This document shows positions 1-8,719 of a DNA stretch of 32,000 bases, in pieces. This DNA comes from Rhodobacter capsulatus SB 1003 (GTDB taxonomy: Bacteria > Pseudomonadota > Alphaproteobacteria > Rhodobacterales > Rhodobacteraceae), in assembly GCF_000021865.1 (NCBI RefSeq), contig NC_014034.1, positions 1,620,001-1,652,000 of the forward strand, written 5' to 3'. Made by a program: the position numbers and the translations under genes. Numbering within the stretch: the stretch's first letter is position 1; each line of letters starts with the position of its first letter. Under the pieces are notes generated by a model that saw only the letters and a list, made by a program, of their open reading frames with translations, was not told where the DNA came from and searched no databases.

Positions 1-16
1 CCCGAGGAGGTGCCCA

Positions 17-1897
17 ATGAAAGTCGTATCCATCGTAGGCCCATCGCAGGCCGGCAAGACCACGCTTGCCGAGGCGCTGGCCACGCTCGAAGGGGCCAAA
101 CCGCGCAAACATGTGCTTTTCGGCGAGACCGCCGTAACGCGCTTCGCTTTCATGGGGGAAGACTGGGCGCTGCTGGAGGCGCCCGGGGGCGCCGACCATC
201 TGCCGCAGCTGGGTCCGATGCTGGCCGCCTCGGATGCCGTCGTTTTGTGCGTTCCCGCCGAGACCGAGGCCGCGGTGCTCTGCGCGCCCTATCTGCGGCT
301 GGTCGAGGCCGCGGCCCTGCCGACCTTCATCTTCATCAACAAGATCGACATCGCGCAGGACCGCACCAGTGAAATCGTGGCGGCGTTGCAGGCCTTTTGC
401 CCGCATGGAATCGTGCTGCGGCAGATCCCGATCCGCAAGGACGGCCATGTGATCGGCGCGGTCGATCTGATTTCCGAACGCGCCTGGGAATATCACGATC
501 ACGCCCGGTCGTCGCTGATGGAACTGCCCGAGAGCATCCGCGACCGCGAGGCCGAGGCGCGGGCGGAACTGCTCGAACATCTGGCCGATTTCGACGAGGC
601 GCTTTTGACCGAACTGATCGAGGATCAGGCCCCGATGACCGACGAGGTCTATGAGGTCTCGACCAAGGTGCTGCAACACCACGATCTTCTGCCCGCGCTG
701 CTGGGCTCGGCCAGCCATGGCAACGGCATGATGCGGCTGATGAAAAGCCTGCGCCATGAAGTGCCGGACGTGGCCGAGACGCGCGCACGCATCGGCGCGC
801 TGGCGGTGGGGGCGCTCGCTGATACGGTCAAGCATCTGGGCAAGACGGTGCTGATCCGCGCGCTGGCCGAGGGGGTCGCGCCCGGGGCGAAGCTTTGCGG
901 CGCGGCCGTGGGCTCGATTGTCGATGTCGATGGCAAGACCCAGTTGGGGGCGCTGAAGCCGGGCGAGATCGGGCTGACGGTGAAGACCGATCACCTGAGC
1001 CTGAGCGGGCCGCTTTACACCGCCGAAGGCATCGTGCCGAACCCGGACTGGATGGCGGCGCATGCGGCGAACCACCGGCTGATCCTGGAACCGGAAAACG
1101 AGCGCGACGAGACCCGGCTGGCGGCGGCGCTGCCGAAGCTTCTGGAAATCGACCCCGGGCTGAGCCTTGGCACCGATCCGGCGACGGGCAAGACCGTGCT
1201 GGGCACGCAGGGCCCGCTGCATCTGCGCCGGGTGCTGGAAAAGCTCGAGGCGGATTTCGGGCTGAAACTGGCCACGGCGCCCCTGGTCGCGGCGCTTTGC
1301 GAAACCATCACCGGCACGGCGCAAAAGCAATACCGGCACCGCAAGCAATCGGGCGGCGCGGGGCAGTTTGCCGATGTGGTGATCGAGGTCAGCCCGCTCG
1401 GCCGTGGCGAGGGCTTCCGCTTCACCGAAACGGTCAAGGGCGGCGCGGTGCCGCGCAATTACATCCCCTCGGTCGAGGCGGGCGCGCGCGAGGCTTTGGC
1501 GGCGGGGCCGAAGGGCCATCCGGTCGTTGATCTGGCGGTGAACCTGTCCGACGGCAAGCATCACGCGGTCGACAGTTCCGACCACGCCTTCCGCACCGCG
1601 GGCAAGATGGCGCTGCGCGAGGCGATGGCGGAAATCGGCACCGTCGTTTTGCAGCCGGTCAGCAAGGTGGTGATTTCGGTGCCCTCGACCTATGCGGGCG
1701 GGCTTTCGCCGCTGGTTTCGGGGCTCAAGGGGCAGGTGCTGGGCTTTTCGGCCGATCCGGCGGCGAAGGGCTGGGATCTGTTCGAGGCGCTGATGCCGGC
1801 CGCGTCCTTGCCCGAGCTCTTCCAGTCGCTTGGCGGCGCCACCCGCGGCACGGCCAGTTTCGCTGCCACGCTCGATCACTACGAAGAGCAGTATTGA
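17..1897 (+). CDS. Elongation factor G-like GTPase paralogue (626 aa) with a degenerate G domain
   Basis: ATG at 17 is preceded by GAGGAGG (4-10). P-loop GPSQAGKTT, G4 motif INKID and the EF-G domain IV-type signature HAVDSSDHAFRTAG are present. G/C at third codon positions is high throughout. G3 reads EAPGG instead of DTPGH. Confidence 0.85.
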   Translation: MKVVSIVGPSQAGKTTLAEALATLEGAKPRKHVLFGETAVTRFAFMGEDWALLEAPGGADHLPQLGPMLAASDAVVLCVPAETEAAVLCAPYLRLVEAAALPTFIFINKIDIAQDRTSEIVAALQAFCPHGIVLRQIPIRKDGHVIGAVDLISERAWEYHDHARSSLMELPESIRDREAEARAELLEHLADFDEALLTELIEDQAPMTDEVYEVSTKVLQHHDLLPALLGSASHGNGMMRLMKSLRHEVPDVAETRARIGALAVGALADTVKHLGKTVLIRALAEGVAPGAKLCGAAVGSIVDVDGKTQLGALKPGEIGLTVKTDHLSLSGPLYTAEGIVPNPDWMAAHAANHRLILEPENERDETRLAAALPKLLEIDPGLSLGTDPATGKTVLGTQGPLHLRRVLEKLEADFGLKLATAPLVAALCETITGTAQKQYRHRKQSGGAGQFADVVIEVSPLGRGEGFRFTETVKGGAVPRNYIPSVEAGAREALAAGPKGHPVVDLAVNLSDGKHHAVDSSDHAFRTAGKMALREAMAEIGTVVLQPVSKVVISVPSTYAGGLSPLVSGLKGQVLGFSADPAAKGWDLFEALMPAASLPELFQSLGGATRGTASFAATLDHYEEQY

Positions 1898-1917
1898 GCA
1901 CCTGACCCGAACGAAAA

Positions 1918-1939
1918 GGGCGGTCCCCCGGGACCGCCC
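1918..1939. terminator. GC-rich hairpin between convergent genes, a possible bidirectional intrinsic terminator
   Basis: GGGCGGTCCC (1918-1927) and GGGACCGCCC (1930-1939) form a perfect inverted repeat. It is flanked by AAAA on the left and a T-containing tail on the right. It sits between the stop of the EF-G-like gene (1897) and the stop of the minus-strand lipoprotein gene (1959). Confidence 0.5.
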
Positions 1940-1958
1940 CTTGCGATTTCCGCCCCGG

Positions 1959-2453
1959 TCAGCGGCTGATCGAGCGCTGCGTCTCGGCGCCGATCACCAC
2001 GACTTTCGTCACCTCGGCCAGCAGGACATTGTTGATGAAGGCGGCCGCCGTCACCTCGCGCGATTGCGGGGTGCTGATGCGGTTCGCCGCCGGGCTGCCC
2101 GGATCGGGCCAGGCGACGACGAAGCGATAGGTCATCACGCCCTCGACCGGCTTGCCGTCGTTTTCCGCCAGAAGCTTCGCCCCCCACCAGCCCTGCGTCG
2201 GCGTCAGGCCGGTGGCGGCCACGATCGCGCCGCCCTGGGTCTGTTTCACCTCGAGCGCGGTGACCTGGGCGATCAGCTCGCGCGGGTCTTCCTTGACGTC
2301 CGGGTAGCCTTCCTTCGGCGCAAGCGTCATCACCTCTTCATGCGTGAACCAGTTCCACGGGTTCAGCTTCGTCTTGCCGATGCCGCAGCCCGAAAGCGCC
2401 AGCGCAAGGGCAAGCGACAGGGCAACGGGGGCAGGGCGGGCACGCAGCAACAT
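1959..2453 (-). CDS. Putative lipoprotein (164 aa)
   Basis: Only the last 164 codons of the 656-aa track ORF look real. The ATG is the complement of 2451-2453. The N-terminus MLLRARPAPVALSLALALALSGC carries a signal peptide plus the lipobox LSGC. The rest of the track ORF is antisense to sufE and the amidotransferase gene. Confidence 0.7.
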   Translation of the reverse strand: MLLRARPAPVALSLALALALSGCGIGKTKLNPWNWFTHEEVMTLAPKEGYPDVKEDPRELIAQVTALEVKQTQGGAIVAATGLTPTQGWWGAKLLAENDGKPVEGVMTYRFVVAWPDPGSPAANRISTPQSREVTAAAFINNVLLAEVTKVVVIGAETQRSISR

Positions 2454-2609
2454 GGGGCACCTCGGAAGGCTTGGATCGGTCCTGCCTTGGGTAGCCGATC
2501 CGGCCCGGTTTGAAAAGCGGCGTTTGGCCCGGCGCTTGCGCGCACCGCCGCGCGCCTCTTGCCGCGCCGCCGCATGAAGGCTACGCAAGGGAAAACGCAG
2601 GAGTTTCCC

Positions 2610-3035
2610 ATGGCCAGCCCCGCCTTTGAAGAGATCGCCGAAACCTTCGACTTCCTCGACGATTGGGAGGATCGCTACCGCCATGTGATCGAACTGGGCA
2701 AGGCGCTGCCCGCGCTGGATGACGCGCTGAAAGTGCCCGCGACCAAGGTCGAGGGCTGCGCCAGCCAAGTCTGGCTGATGCCGCGGATTTCGGGCACGGG
2801 GCCGGGGGCGGTCTTCGATTTCGAGGGCGCCTCCGATGCGATGATCGTGCAGGGGCTGATCGCGCTTTTGCATGCGCTTTACGCCGGTCTGACCGTGGCC
2901 GAGGTGGGCGCGGTCGATGCGAAAGCCGAGATGGGGCGGCTGGGCCTGAACGAGCATCTGTCCAGCCAGCGCTCGAACGGGCTGGCCGCGATGGTCGAGC
3001 GCATCCGCAAGCTGGCCGCCGAAGCCGCCGCCTGA
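2610..3035 (+). CDS. sufE: Cysteine desulfuration protein SufE family (141 aa)
   Basis: An internal ATG at 2610 has AGGAG 8 nt upstream. The SufE-type motif KVEGCASQVWL contains the persulfide-acceptor Cys. The length is typical for the family. Confidence 0.85.
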   Translation: MASPAFEEIAETFDFLDDWEDRYRHVIELGKALPALDDALKVPATKVEGCASQVWLMPRISGTGPGAVFDFEGASDAMIVQGLIALLHALYAGLTVAEVGAVDAKAEMGRLGLNEHLSSQRSNGLAAMVERIRKLAAEAAA

Positions 3036-3122
3036 CCCTGCAGCTTTGCACAGATCCTGCGCGGGCTTCCCCCCTTTGCGCAAAGCCGTGACTTTGCTAC
3101 GGTTTCGCGAAAGGAGCGTGAC

Positions 3123-3890
3123 ATGGACAAGAGCGGACATCGCCCGGTGGTGGGGGTCATCGGCAATCGCGGGCTGATCAACGACCGCTATCCGATCCAC
3201 GAGGGCGGGCAGATGAATTCCTGTGCCGTGGCCAATGTCGCGGGCTGTCTGCCGCTGCTGATCCCGGCGGATCCGGAGATGGTCTCGGTCGCCGAGCTGA
3301 TGCGGGTCTGCGACGGGTTTTTGCTGACCGGCGGGCGGCCGAACATCCATCCGTCGGAATATGGCCACGAGGAAACCGACAAGCACGGCAGTTTTGACCG
3401 CGCCCGCGATGCGATCACGCTGCCCTTGGTGCGGGCCTGCGTGGCGGCGGGGCAGCCGTTTTTCGGCATCTGCCGCGGCTTTCAGGAGGTCAACGTGGCG
3501 ATGGGCGGCACGCTGCACCCCGAAATCCGCGACTTGCCGGGGCGGATGAACCACCGCATGCCGCCCGAGGGCACGCTGGAAGAGGCTTTCGCGCTGCGCC
3601 ACCGGGTCATGCTGACCCCCGGCGGGCGCTTTGCGCGGCTCTTCGGGTGCACCGAGGTGATGACCAACACCCTGCACGGGCAGGGCATTTTCGAACCGGG
3701 CCCGCGCATCGTGATCGAGGGCCGGGCCGAGGATGGCACGCCCGAGGCGATCTATGTGCAGGACGCGCCGGGGTTCACGCTCGCGGTGCAATGGCATCCG
3801 GAATGGAATGCGGCCAATGATCCGGTCTCGCGGCCGTTGTTTCAGGCCTTTGGCGCTGCGGTGCGGGATTTTGCCGCCGCGCGCCGGTGA
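3123..3890 (+). CDS. Gamma-glutamyl-gamma-aminobutyrate hydrolase family protein (peptidase C26, class I glutamine amidotransferase-like), 255 aa
   Basis: AAAGGAG lies 8 nt upstream of the ATG. The nucleophile elbow GICRGFQEVNVAMGGTL and the WHPEW histidine motif are typical of PuuD-like C26 hydrolases. Confidence 0.85.
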   Translation: MDKSGHRPVVGVIGNRGLINDRYPIHEGGQMNSCAVANVAGCLPLLIPADPEMVSVAELMRVCDGFLLTGGRPNIHPSEYGHEETDKHGSFDRARDAITLPLVRACVAAGQPFFGICRGFQEVNVAMGGTLHPEIRDLPGRMNHRMPPEGTLEEAFALRHRVMLTPGGRFARLFGCTEVMTNTLHGQGIFEPGPRIVIEGRAEDGTPEAIYVQDAPGFTLAVQWHPEWNAANDPVSRPLFQAFGAAVRDFAAARR

Positions 3891-3932
3891 CGGGCGGCGC
3901 AAGGGCGTATTTGGGCCAAGAAAAAACACCCG

Positions 3933-4772
3933 TCATTTCAGGTATTTCGAGGCTTCCTTGCGGGCAAAGGGCTTGAGCGTGGCGCCATGCTCGGCCAGCC
4001 ATTGGCGCACGGCTTCGGCATCGTGTTTCGACAGCTCGCGCAGCCACCAGGCGATGGCTTTCTGGATGAACCAGTCGCGATCCGGGGCGAGGCGGAGGCA
4101 CCAGCCCAGCACGCGGGCGCGCGCGGCACGTTCGGTGGCGTCGGGGTGGTTCGATTTCGTGAAGGGCAGGGTGATGACCAAAGCGGCGCGGCGGGTCCAG
4201 ATGTTTTCCGCGTCGAGCCAGGTCTCGATCTCGTCAAGCCGTTCGGGCGCGCCCGCCAGCCGCCGCCCGCCCGCATTGCAGGCGTGATCGGCAATCGCCC
4301 AGGCGTCGAAGCCGGGCACCCAAGCGGCGATGGTGCGCCAGACCGCGTCATCGGGGCGGATGCGCGCCTGGGTCAGCAGTTTCGCCGCCGCGATCTTCGC
4401 CTCGTGGATGTCGCTGTGCCAGAGCCCGTCGGCCAGCGCGATGCGGTCGTCCAGCGTCGCCTGCGCCCGCCAGAGCCGCGCCATATCCTCGATCAAGGGC
4501 ACCGGCACGCCCAGATAGCGCCGGTCCACCTTGTGATAAGCCGCGGCCCCCAAAGCCTTTTCCGCATCGCCACAGGCTTCGAGCGCGGCGATCGCCTCGG
4601 CCAGCGTCGGCGGCGGGCCAAGGTCGTCCTTCCCGGTCGCTTCCTCGTATTGGGTGTAATCGGCGTCCGAGGCGGCATAGGCCGCGGCCTCGGCGGCAAG
4701 TGCCGCTTCTTCCTCGGTCAGGGGCCGGTCTTCGGCGACGATCACCCGGGATCCGCGCTTGCGTCCCATCAT
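3933..4772 (-). CDS. DNA alkylation repair protein (AlkC/AlkD-like HEAT-repeat family), 279 aa
   Basis: Family-typical pattern: YLGVPVP...LW...E.KIAA..LL...W...FD.W...D......W......W.RRAA........DWFIQKAIAWWLRELSKHD...ARKEASKYL. The start overlaps the glmS stop (ATGATG at 4767-4772). Confidence 0.7.
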   Translation of the reverse strand: MMGRKRGSRVIVAEDRPLTEEEAALAAEAAAYAASDADYTQYEEATGKDDLGPPPTLAEAIAALEACGDAEKALGAAAYHKVDRRYLGVPVPLIEDMARLWRAQATLDDRIALADGLWHSDIHEAKIAAAKLLTQARIRPDDAVWRTIAAWVPGFDAWAIADHACNAGGRRLAGAPERLDEIETWLDAENIWTRRAALVITLPFTKSNHPDATERAARARVLGWCLRLAPDRDWFIQKAIAWWLRELSKHDAEAVRQWLAEHGATLKPFARKEASKYLK

Positions 4773-6583
4773 TCCACCGTCACGGATTTCGCCAGATTGC
4801 GCGGCTGATCGACATCGGTCCCCTTGGCGATGGCGGTGTGATAGGCCAGAAGCTGCGCGGGCAGGGCGTACAGGATCGGCGCGAAGGGCTCGGCCACTTC
4901 GGGCAGGCGCAGGCTGGCCCAGGTGCCCTCGGCCGCGGTCGCAATCCCCTTGCCGTCGGTGATCAGAAGCACCTTGCCATGCCGCGCCATCACCTCCTGC
5001 ATGTTCGAGACGGTCTTGTCGAACAGCCGGTCATGTGGCGCCAGAACGATCACCGGCACCATCCGGTCAATCAGCGCGATCGGCCCGTGCTTGAGCTCGC
5101 CCGAGGCATAGCCCTCGGCGTGGATGTAGCTGATTTCCTTGAGCTTCAAGGCCCCTTCCAGCGCCAGCGGATACATCGGGCCGCGGCCAAGGAAAAGGAT
5201 GTCCTGCGCCTCGGCCAGCTGCCCCGCCAGTTTCGCGATCTCGTCGGAGGTGGAGAGCGCCGCATTCATCAGCCCGGGCAGCGCGCGCAGCGTCTCCAGA
5301 TGGCCCGCCAGCTGATCGGGGCTCAGATGGCCGCGGTCGATCCCCGCCTTCAGCGCCATCACGGCGAGGGCGAGCAGCTGACAGGTAAAAGCCTTGGTCG
5401 AGGCGACGCCCACTTCCACCCCCGCCAGGATCGGCAGCGCCAGATCGGCCTCGCGCGCGATGGACGAGGTGGGCACGTTCACCACGGCGATGGTTTTTTG
5501 AACCTTTTCCGTGCAGTAGCGCAGGGCGGCCAAGGTATCGGCGGTTTCGCCCGACTGGCTGACGAAGACCGCGTAGCTTTTCGCGGGCAGCGGCGGCTCG
5601 CGGTAGCGGAATTCCGAGGCGACATCGATTTCGCAGGGCAGGCCCGCCAGTTGCTCGAACCAGTATTTCGCCACCGAACAGGCATAAAAGGCCGTGCCGC
5701 AGGCCACCAGCGTCAGCCGCTCAAGGCCGGAAAAATCCAGCTCGGCCGGAAGGTTGACGCCCTCGGGCCGGAGGTAATGGCGAAGCGCGTCGCCCAGAAC
5801 CACCGGCTGTTCGGCGATTTCCTTGGCCATGAAATGCTTGTAGCCCGCCTTTTCGACCCGGGTGGAGGACAGGTCGATCCGGGTCTCGTCCCGGTTCGCC
5901 CGCCGCCCCCCGGCGTCGAAGATCTCGACCCCGGCGCGGCTGACAAAGGCGTAATCGCCCTCGGCCAGATAGGTGATGCGGTCGGTGAAGGGCGAGAGCG
6001 CGATCGCATCCGAGCCGACGAACATCTCGCCCTCGCCGTGCCCGATGGCGAGCGGCGAGCCCTTGCGGGCGGCGATCATCAGATCGTCCTCGCCCTCGAA
6101 AAGCCACAACAGCGCAAAGGCGCCCTCGAGCTTTTGCAGCGTCGCCACCGCGGCCTCGCGCACCGACAGGCCGCGGTCGATGAAAAGCCGGGTCATCAGC
6201 GCCACGGTCTCGGTGTCGGTCTGGGTTTCGGGGGCGATCCCGGCCCTGGCCAGTTCGGCGCGCAGCTCGCGGAAATTCTCGATGATGCCGTTATGCACCA
6301 CCGCCACCGGCCCCGAGCGATGCGGATGCGCATTGACCGTGGTCGCCGCGCCATGCGTCGCCCAGCGGGTGTGACCGATGCCCGCCTTGCCCGCGAGCGG
6401 TTCATGCACGAGCAGATCCGACAGGTTGACAAGCTTGCCCACGGCGCGGCGCCGATCCAGCCGGCCTTCGTTCACCGTGGCGATCCCCGCCGAGTCATAG
6501 CCGCGATATTCCAGCCGCTTGAGGCTTTCAACCAGCAGCGGCGCAACCTCGTGATTGCCCAGAACGCCAATGATCCCGCACAT
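4769..6583 (-). CDS. glmS: Glutamine--fructose-6-phosphate aminotransferase (isomerizing), 604 aa
   Basis: N-terminal MCGIIG places the Ntn nucleophile Cys at position 2. Two SIS domains are present and the C-terminus is the characteristic ...PRNLAKSVTVE. Confidence 0.97.
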   Translation of the reverse strand: MCGIIGVLGNHEVAPLLVESLKRLEYRGYDSAGIATVNEGRLDRRRAVGKLVNLSDLLVHEPLAGKAGIGHTRWATHGAATTVNAHPHRSGPVAVVHNGIIENFRELRAELARAGIAPETQTDTETVALMTRLFIDRGLSVREAAVATLQKLEGAFALLWLFEGEDDLMIAARKGSPLAIGHGEGEMFVGSDAIALSPFTDRITYLAEGDYAFVSRAGVEIFDAGGRRANRDETRIDLSSTRVEKAGYKHFMAKEIAEQPVVLGDALRHYLRPEGVNLPAELDFSGLERLTLVACGTAFYACSVAKYWFEQLAGLPCEIDVASEFRYREPPLPAKSYAVFVSQSGETADTLAALRYCTEKVQKTIAVVNVPTSSIAREADLALPILAGVEVGVASTKAFTCQLLALAVMALKAGIDRGHLSPDQLAGHLETLRALPGLMNAALSTSDEIAKLAGQLAEAQDILFLGRGPMYPLALEGALKLKEISYIHAEGYASGELKHGPIALIDRMVPVIVLAPHDRLFDKTVSNMQEVMARHGKVLLITDGKGIATAAEGTWASLRLPEVAEPFAPILYALPAQLLAYHTAIAKGTDVDQPRNLAKSVTVE

Positions 6584-7930
6584 TTACGCGCCTTTCTTCT
6601 GCGCGGCCTTTTTCGCGCGCAGCATCTCGAACAGTTTCACCGCCAGTCCCGGTTTCACCACCTGCTTCGCCCGTCCCAAGGCGACGGCGCCCGGCGGCAC
6701 GTCCTCGGTGATCGTCGAGCCAGAGCCCGTCAGCGCGCCATCGCCCACCGTCACCGGCGCCACCAGCATCGTATCCGAGCCGATGAAGACATTCGCGCCA
6801 ATCGTCGTGCGGTGCTTGAACACGCCGTCATAATTGCAGGTGATCGTGCCCGCGCCGATATTGGTGAATTCGCCCACGTCGGCATCGCCCAGATAGGTCA
6901 GATGCCCGGCCTTGACGCCCTCGCCGAGGATCGAATTCTTCACCTCGACGAAATTGCCGATATGCACATCCTCGGCCAGTTCCGTCCCGCCGCGCAGCCG
7001 CGCAAAGGGCCCGACAGAGGCCCCGCGCGAGATGTGGCAATCTTCCAGATGACAGAAAGCCTCGATCGTGGCCCCGCTTTCGATCGTCACATCGGGGCCG
7101 AAAACCACGTTCGGCCCCAGCACCACATCGCGGCCGATGCAGGTGTTCAGCGCGAAATAGACGGTGGACGGGTCCACCATCGTCACGCCGTTGTCCAGCG
7201 CCTCGGCGCGGGCGCGGGCCTGAAAGGCGGCCTCGGCGGCGGCCAGTTCCGCGCGGGTGTTGATGCCCAGCGTCTCGGCCTCGTCGCAGCGCACCACCTC
7301 GGCCAGATGGCCTTTGGCGCGGGCAAGGCCCACGATGTCGGTCAGGTAATATTCCCCGGCCGCATTGTCATTGGAAAGTTCGCGCACAAGGGCCGCCAAA
7401 AGCCCGGCATCGCAGCAGATCACCCCGGAATTGCAAAGGGTTATCGCGCGTTCTTCCGCCGTCGCATCCTTGTATTCGACGATCCTTTCCAGCCGGTCGC
7501 CGGTCGCGATCAGCCGCCCGTAGCGGCCCGGATCGGCGGCCTCGAACCCCAGAACGACGACATCGGCGGGGTTTTCGACCAGCCGCTCCAGCGTCTCGGG
7601 CGCGATGAAGGGGGTGTCGCCGTAAAGCACGACCACCTTGCCCTCGAAGGTGGCCAGCTGCAGCAGCGCCTGCGCCACCGCGTGGCCGGTGCCCAGCTGC
7701 TCGGCCTGCAGCGCGATCTCGGCCTCGGGTTCGATCTTGCGCGCGGCCTTTTCGACCAGATCGGCGCCGTGACCGACAACGACCACCACCCGCTCGGGAT
7801 CAAGCCTGCGACCCGCCGCCAGCGCATGCGCCAGAAGCGGCGCACCGGCCAGACGGTGCAGCACCTTCGGCAGGTCGGAATTCATCCGGGTTCCCTGCCC
7901 GGCGGCAAGGACGATAAGGGCAATGGCCAT
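6584..7930 (-). CDS. glmU: Bifunctional UDP-N-acetylglucosamine pyrophosphorylase / glucosamine-1-phosphate N-acetyltransferase, 448 aa
   Basis: N-terminal LAAGQGTRMNSDLPKVLH nucleotidyltransferase motif, followed by a C-terminal left-handed beta-helix hexapeptide repeat region. The gene abuts the glmS start with no gap. Confidence 0.97.
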   Translation of the reverse strand: MAIALIVLAAGQGTRMNSDLPKVLHRLAGAPLLAHALAAGRRLDPERVVVVVGHGADLVEKAARKIEPEAEIALQAEQLGTGHAVAQALLQLATFEGKVVVLYGDTPFIAPETLERLVENPADVVVLGFEAADPGRYGRLIATGDRLERIVEYKDATAEERAITLCNSGVICCDAGLLAALVRELSNDNAAGEYYLTDIVGLARAKGHLAEVVRCDEAETLGINTRAELAAAEAAFQARARAEALDNGVTMVDPSTVYFALNTCIGRDVVLGPNVVFGPDVTIESGATIEAFCHLEDCHISRGASVGPFARLRGGTELAEDVHIGNFVEVKNSILGEGVKAGHLTYLGDADVGEFTNIGAGTITCNYDGVFKHRTTIGANVFIGSDTMLVAPVTVGDGALTGSGSTITEDVPPGAVALGRAKQVVKPGLAVKLFEMLRAKKAAQKKGA

Positions 7931-8044
7931 GAGAACGCCTTTTCTTCTGCTCTCGCCTGTTTTACCGATACCCTATCTCGCCGCAAGGGGGCGAGGATCA
8001 CGCAATCTTTCGCGGGCGTAACAGTATCTTTCGGGGGCGCGACA

Positions 8045-8719
8045 ATGGGCACGGTGGTTTTCGATCTGGACGGCACGCTCGCCGACACCTCGGCCGATCT
8101 GATCGCGGCGGCAAATGCCTGTTTCGACGCGCGCGGTCTGGAGCCGGTCCTGGACCCGGTGGCGGATGCGCTGACCGCCTTTCAGGGCGGGCGGGCGATG
8201 CTGGCGCTTGGCCATGCGCGGCTGGGCACGCCCGATCCCGGCCCGCTGGTGGCCGAGGATTACTTTCGCCTGCTTCTGCATTACGGCGAGAATATCTGCG
8301 TGCACACAAGGCTTTATCCGGGGGCCGCGGGGGCGGTGGCGATGCTGCGCGCGGCCGGGTATCGCACCGCGATCTGCACCAACAAGCCCGAGGCGCTGGC
8401 GGTGCAGTTGCTCGACACCCTGGGGGTCGCGTCGCTTTTCGATGCGCTCGTCGGCGCCGACACGCTGCCCACCCGCAAGCCCGATCCCGCGCCCTATCAC
8501 GCCGCGGTGACGCGGGCGGGGGGCACCGTCACGCGGTCGCTTCTGGTGGGCGACACCGTGACCGACCGGGAAACGGCGCGCGCCGCAGGCGTGCCCTGTC
8601 TGCTTGTCGCCTTCGGTCCCGAGGGCCGGGCGATCGAACGGCTGGCGCCCGAGGCGATGCTGGAGAGTTTCGCCGATCTGCCCTTGCGGGTGGCGCAATT
8701 CCTGCCGCGCCATGGCTGA
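8045..8719 (+). CDS. gph: HAD-IA hydrolase, phosphoglycolate phosphatase-like (224 aa)
   Basis: Only the last 224 codons of the 1339-aa track ORF are credible. The ATG at 8045 opens VVFDLDGTLADT (HAD motif I). CTNKP (motif II) and VGDTVTD (motif IV) follow. The upstream part of the track ORF is antisense to glmS/glmU. Confidence 0.8.
   Translation: MGTVVFDLDGTLADTSADLIAAANACFDARGLEPVLDPVADALTAFQGGRAMLALGHARLGTPDPGPLVAEDYFRLLLHYGENICVHTRLYPGAAGAVAMLRAAGYRTAICTNKPEALAVQLLDTLGVASLFDALVGADTLPTRKPDPAPYHAAVTRAGGTVTRSLLVGDTVTDRETARAAGVPCLLVAFGPEGRAIERLAPEAMLESFADLPLRVAQFLPRHG

Noticed and set aside
3074-3097. CTTTGC/GCAAAG/CTTTGC triple, which gives the palindrome CTTTGCGCAAAG and a second inverted repeat downstream of sufE
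   Set aside because: The arms are only 6 nt with no loop for the first pair, so it is easily produced by chance. There is no supporting context.
2454-3929. The upstream ~490 codons of the 656-aa minus-strand ORF (1959-3929)
   Set aside because: It is antisense to sufE and the C26 hydrolase gene, with no recognisable motifs. A proper signal peptide and lipobox start appears only at the internal ATG at 2453.
4700-8044. The first ~1115 codons of the 1339-aa plus-strand track ORF (4700-8719)
   Set aside because: It runs antisense to glmS and glmU, which are unambiguous. The product is Arg/Gly/Ala/Pro-rich and low in complexity, as is typical of stop-free antisense frames in high-GC DNA. Only the final 224 codons (gph) have recognisable motifs.
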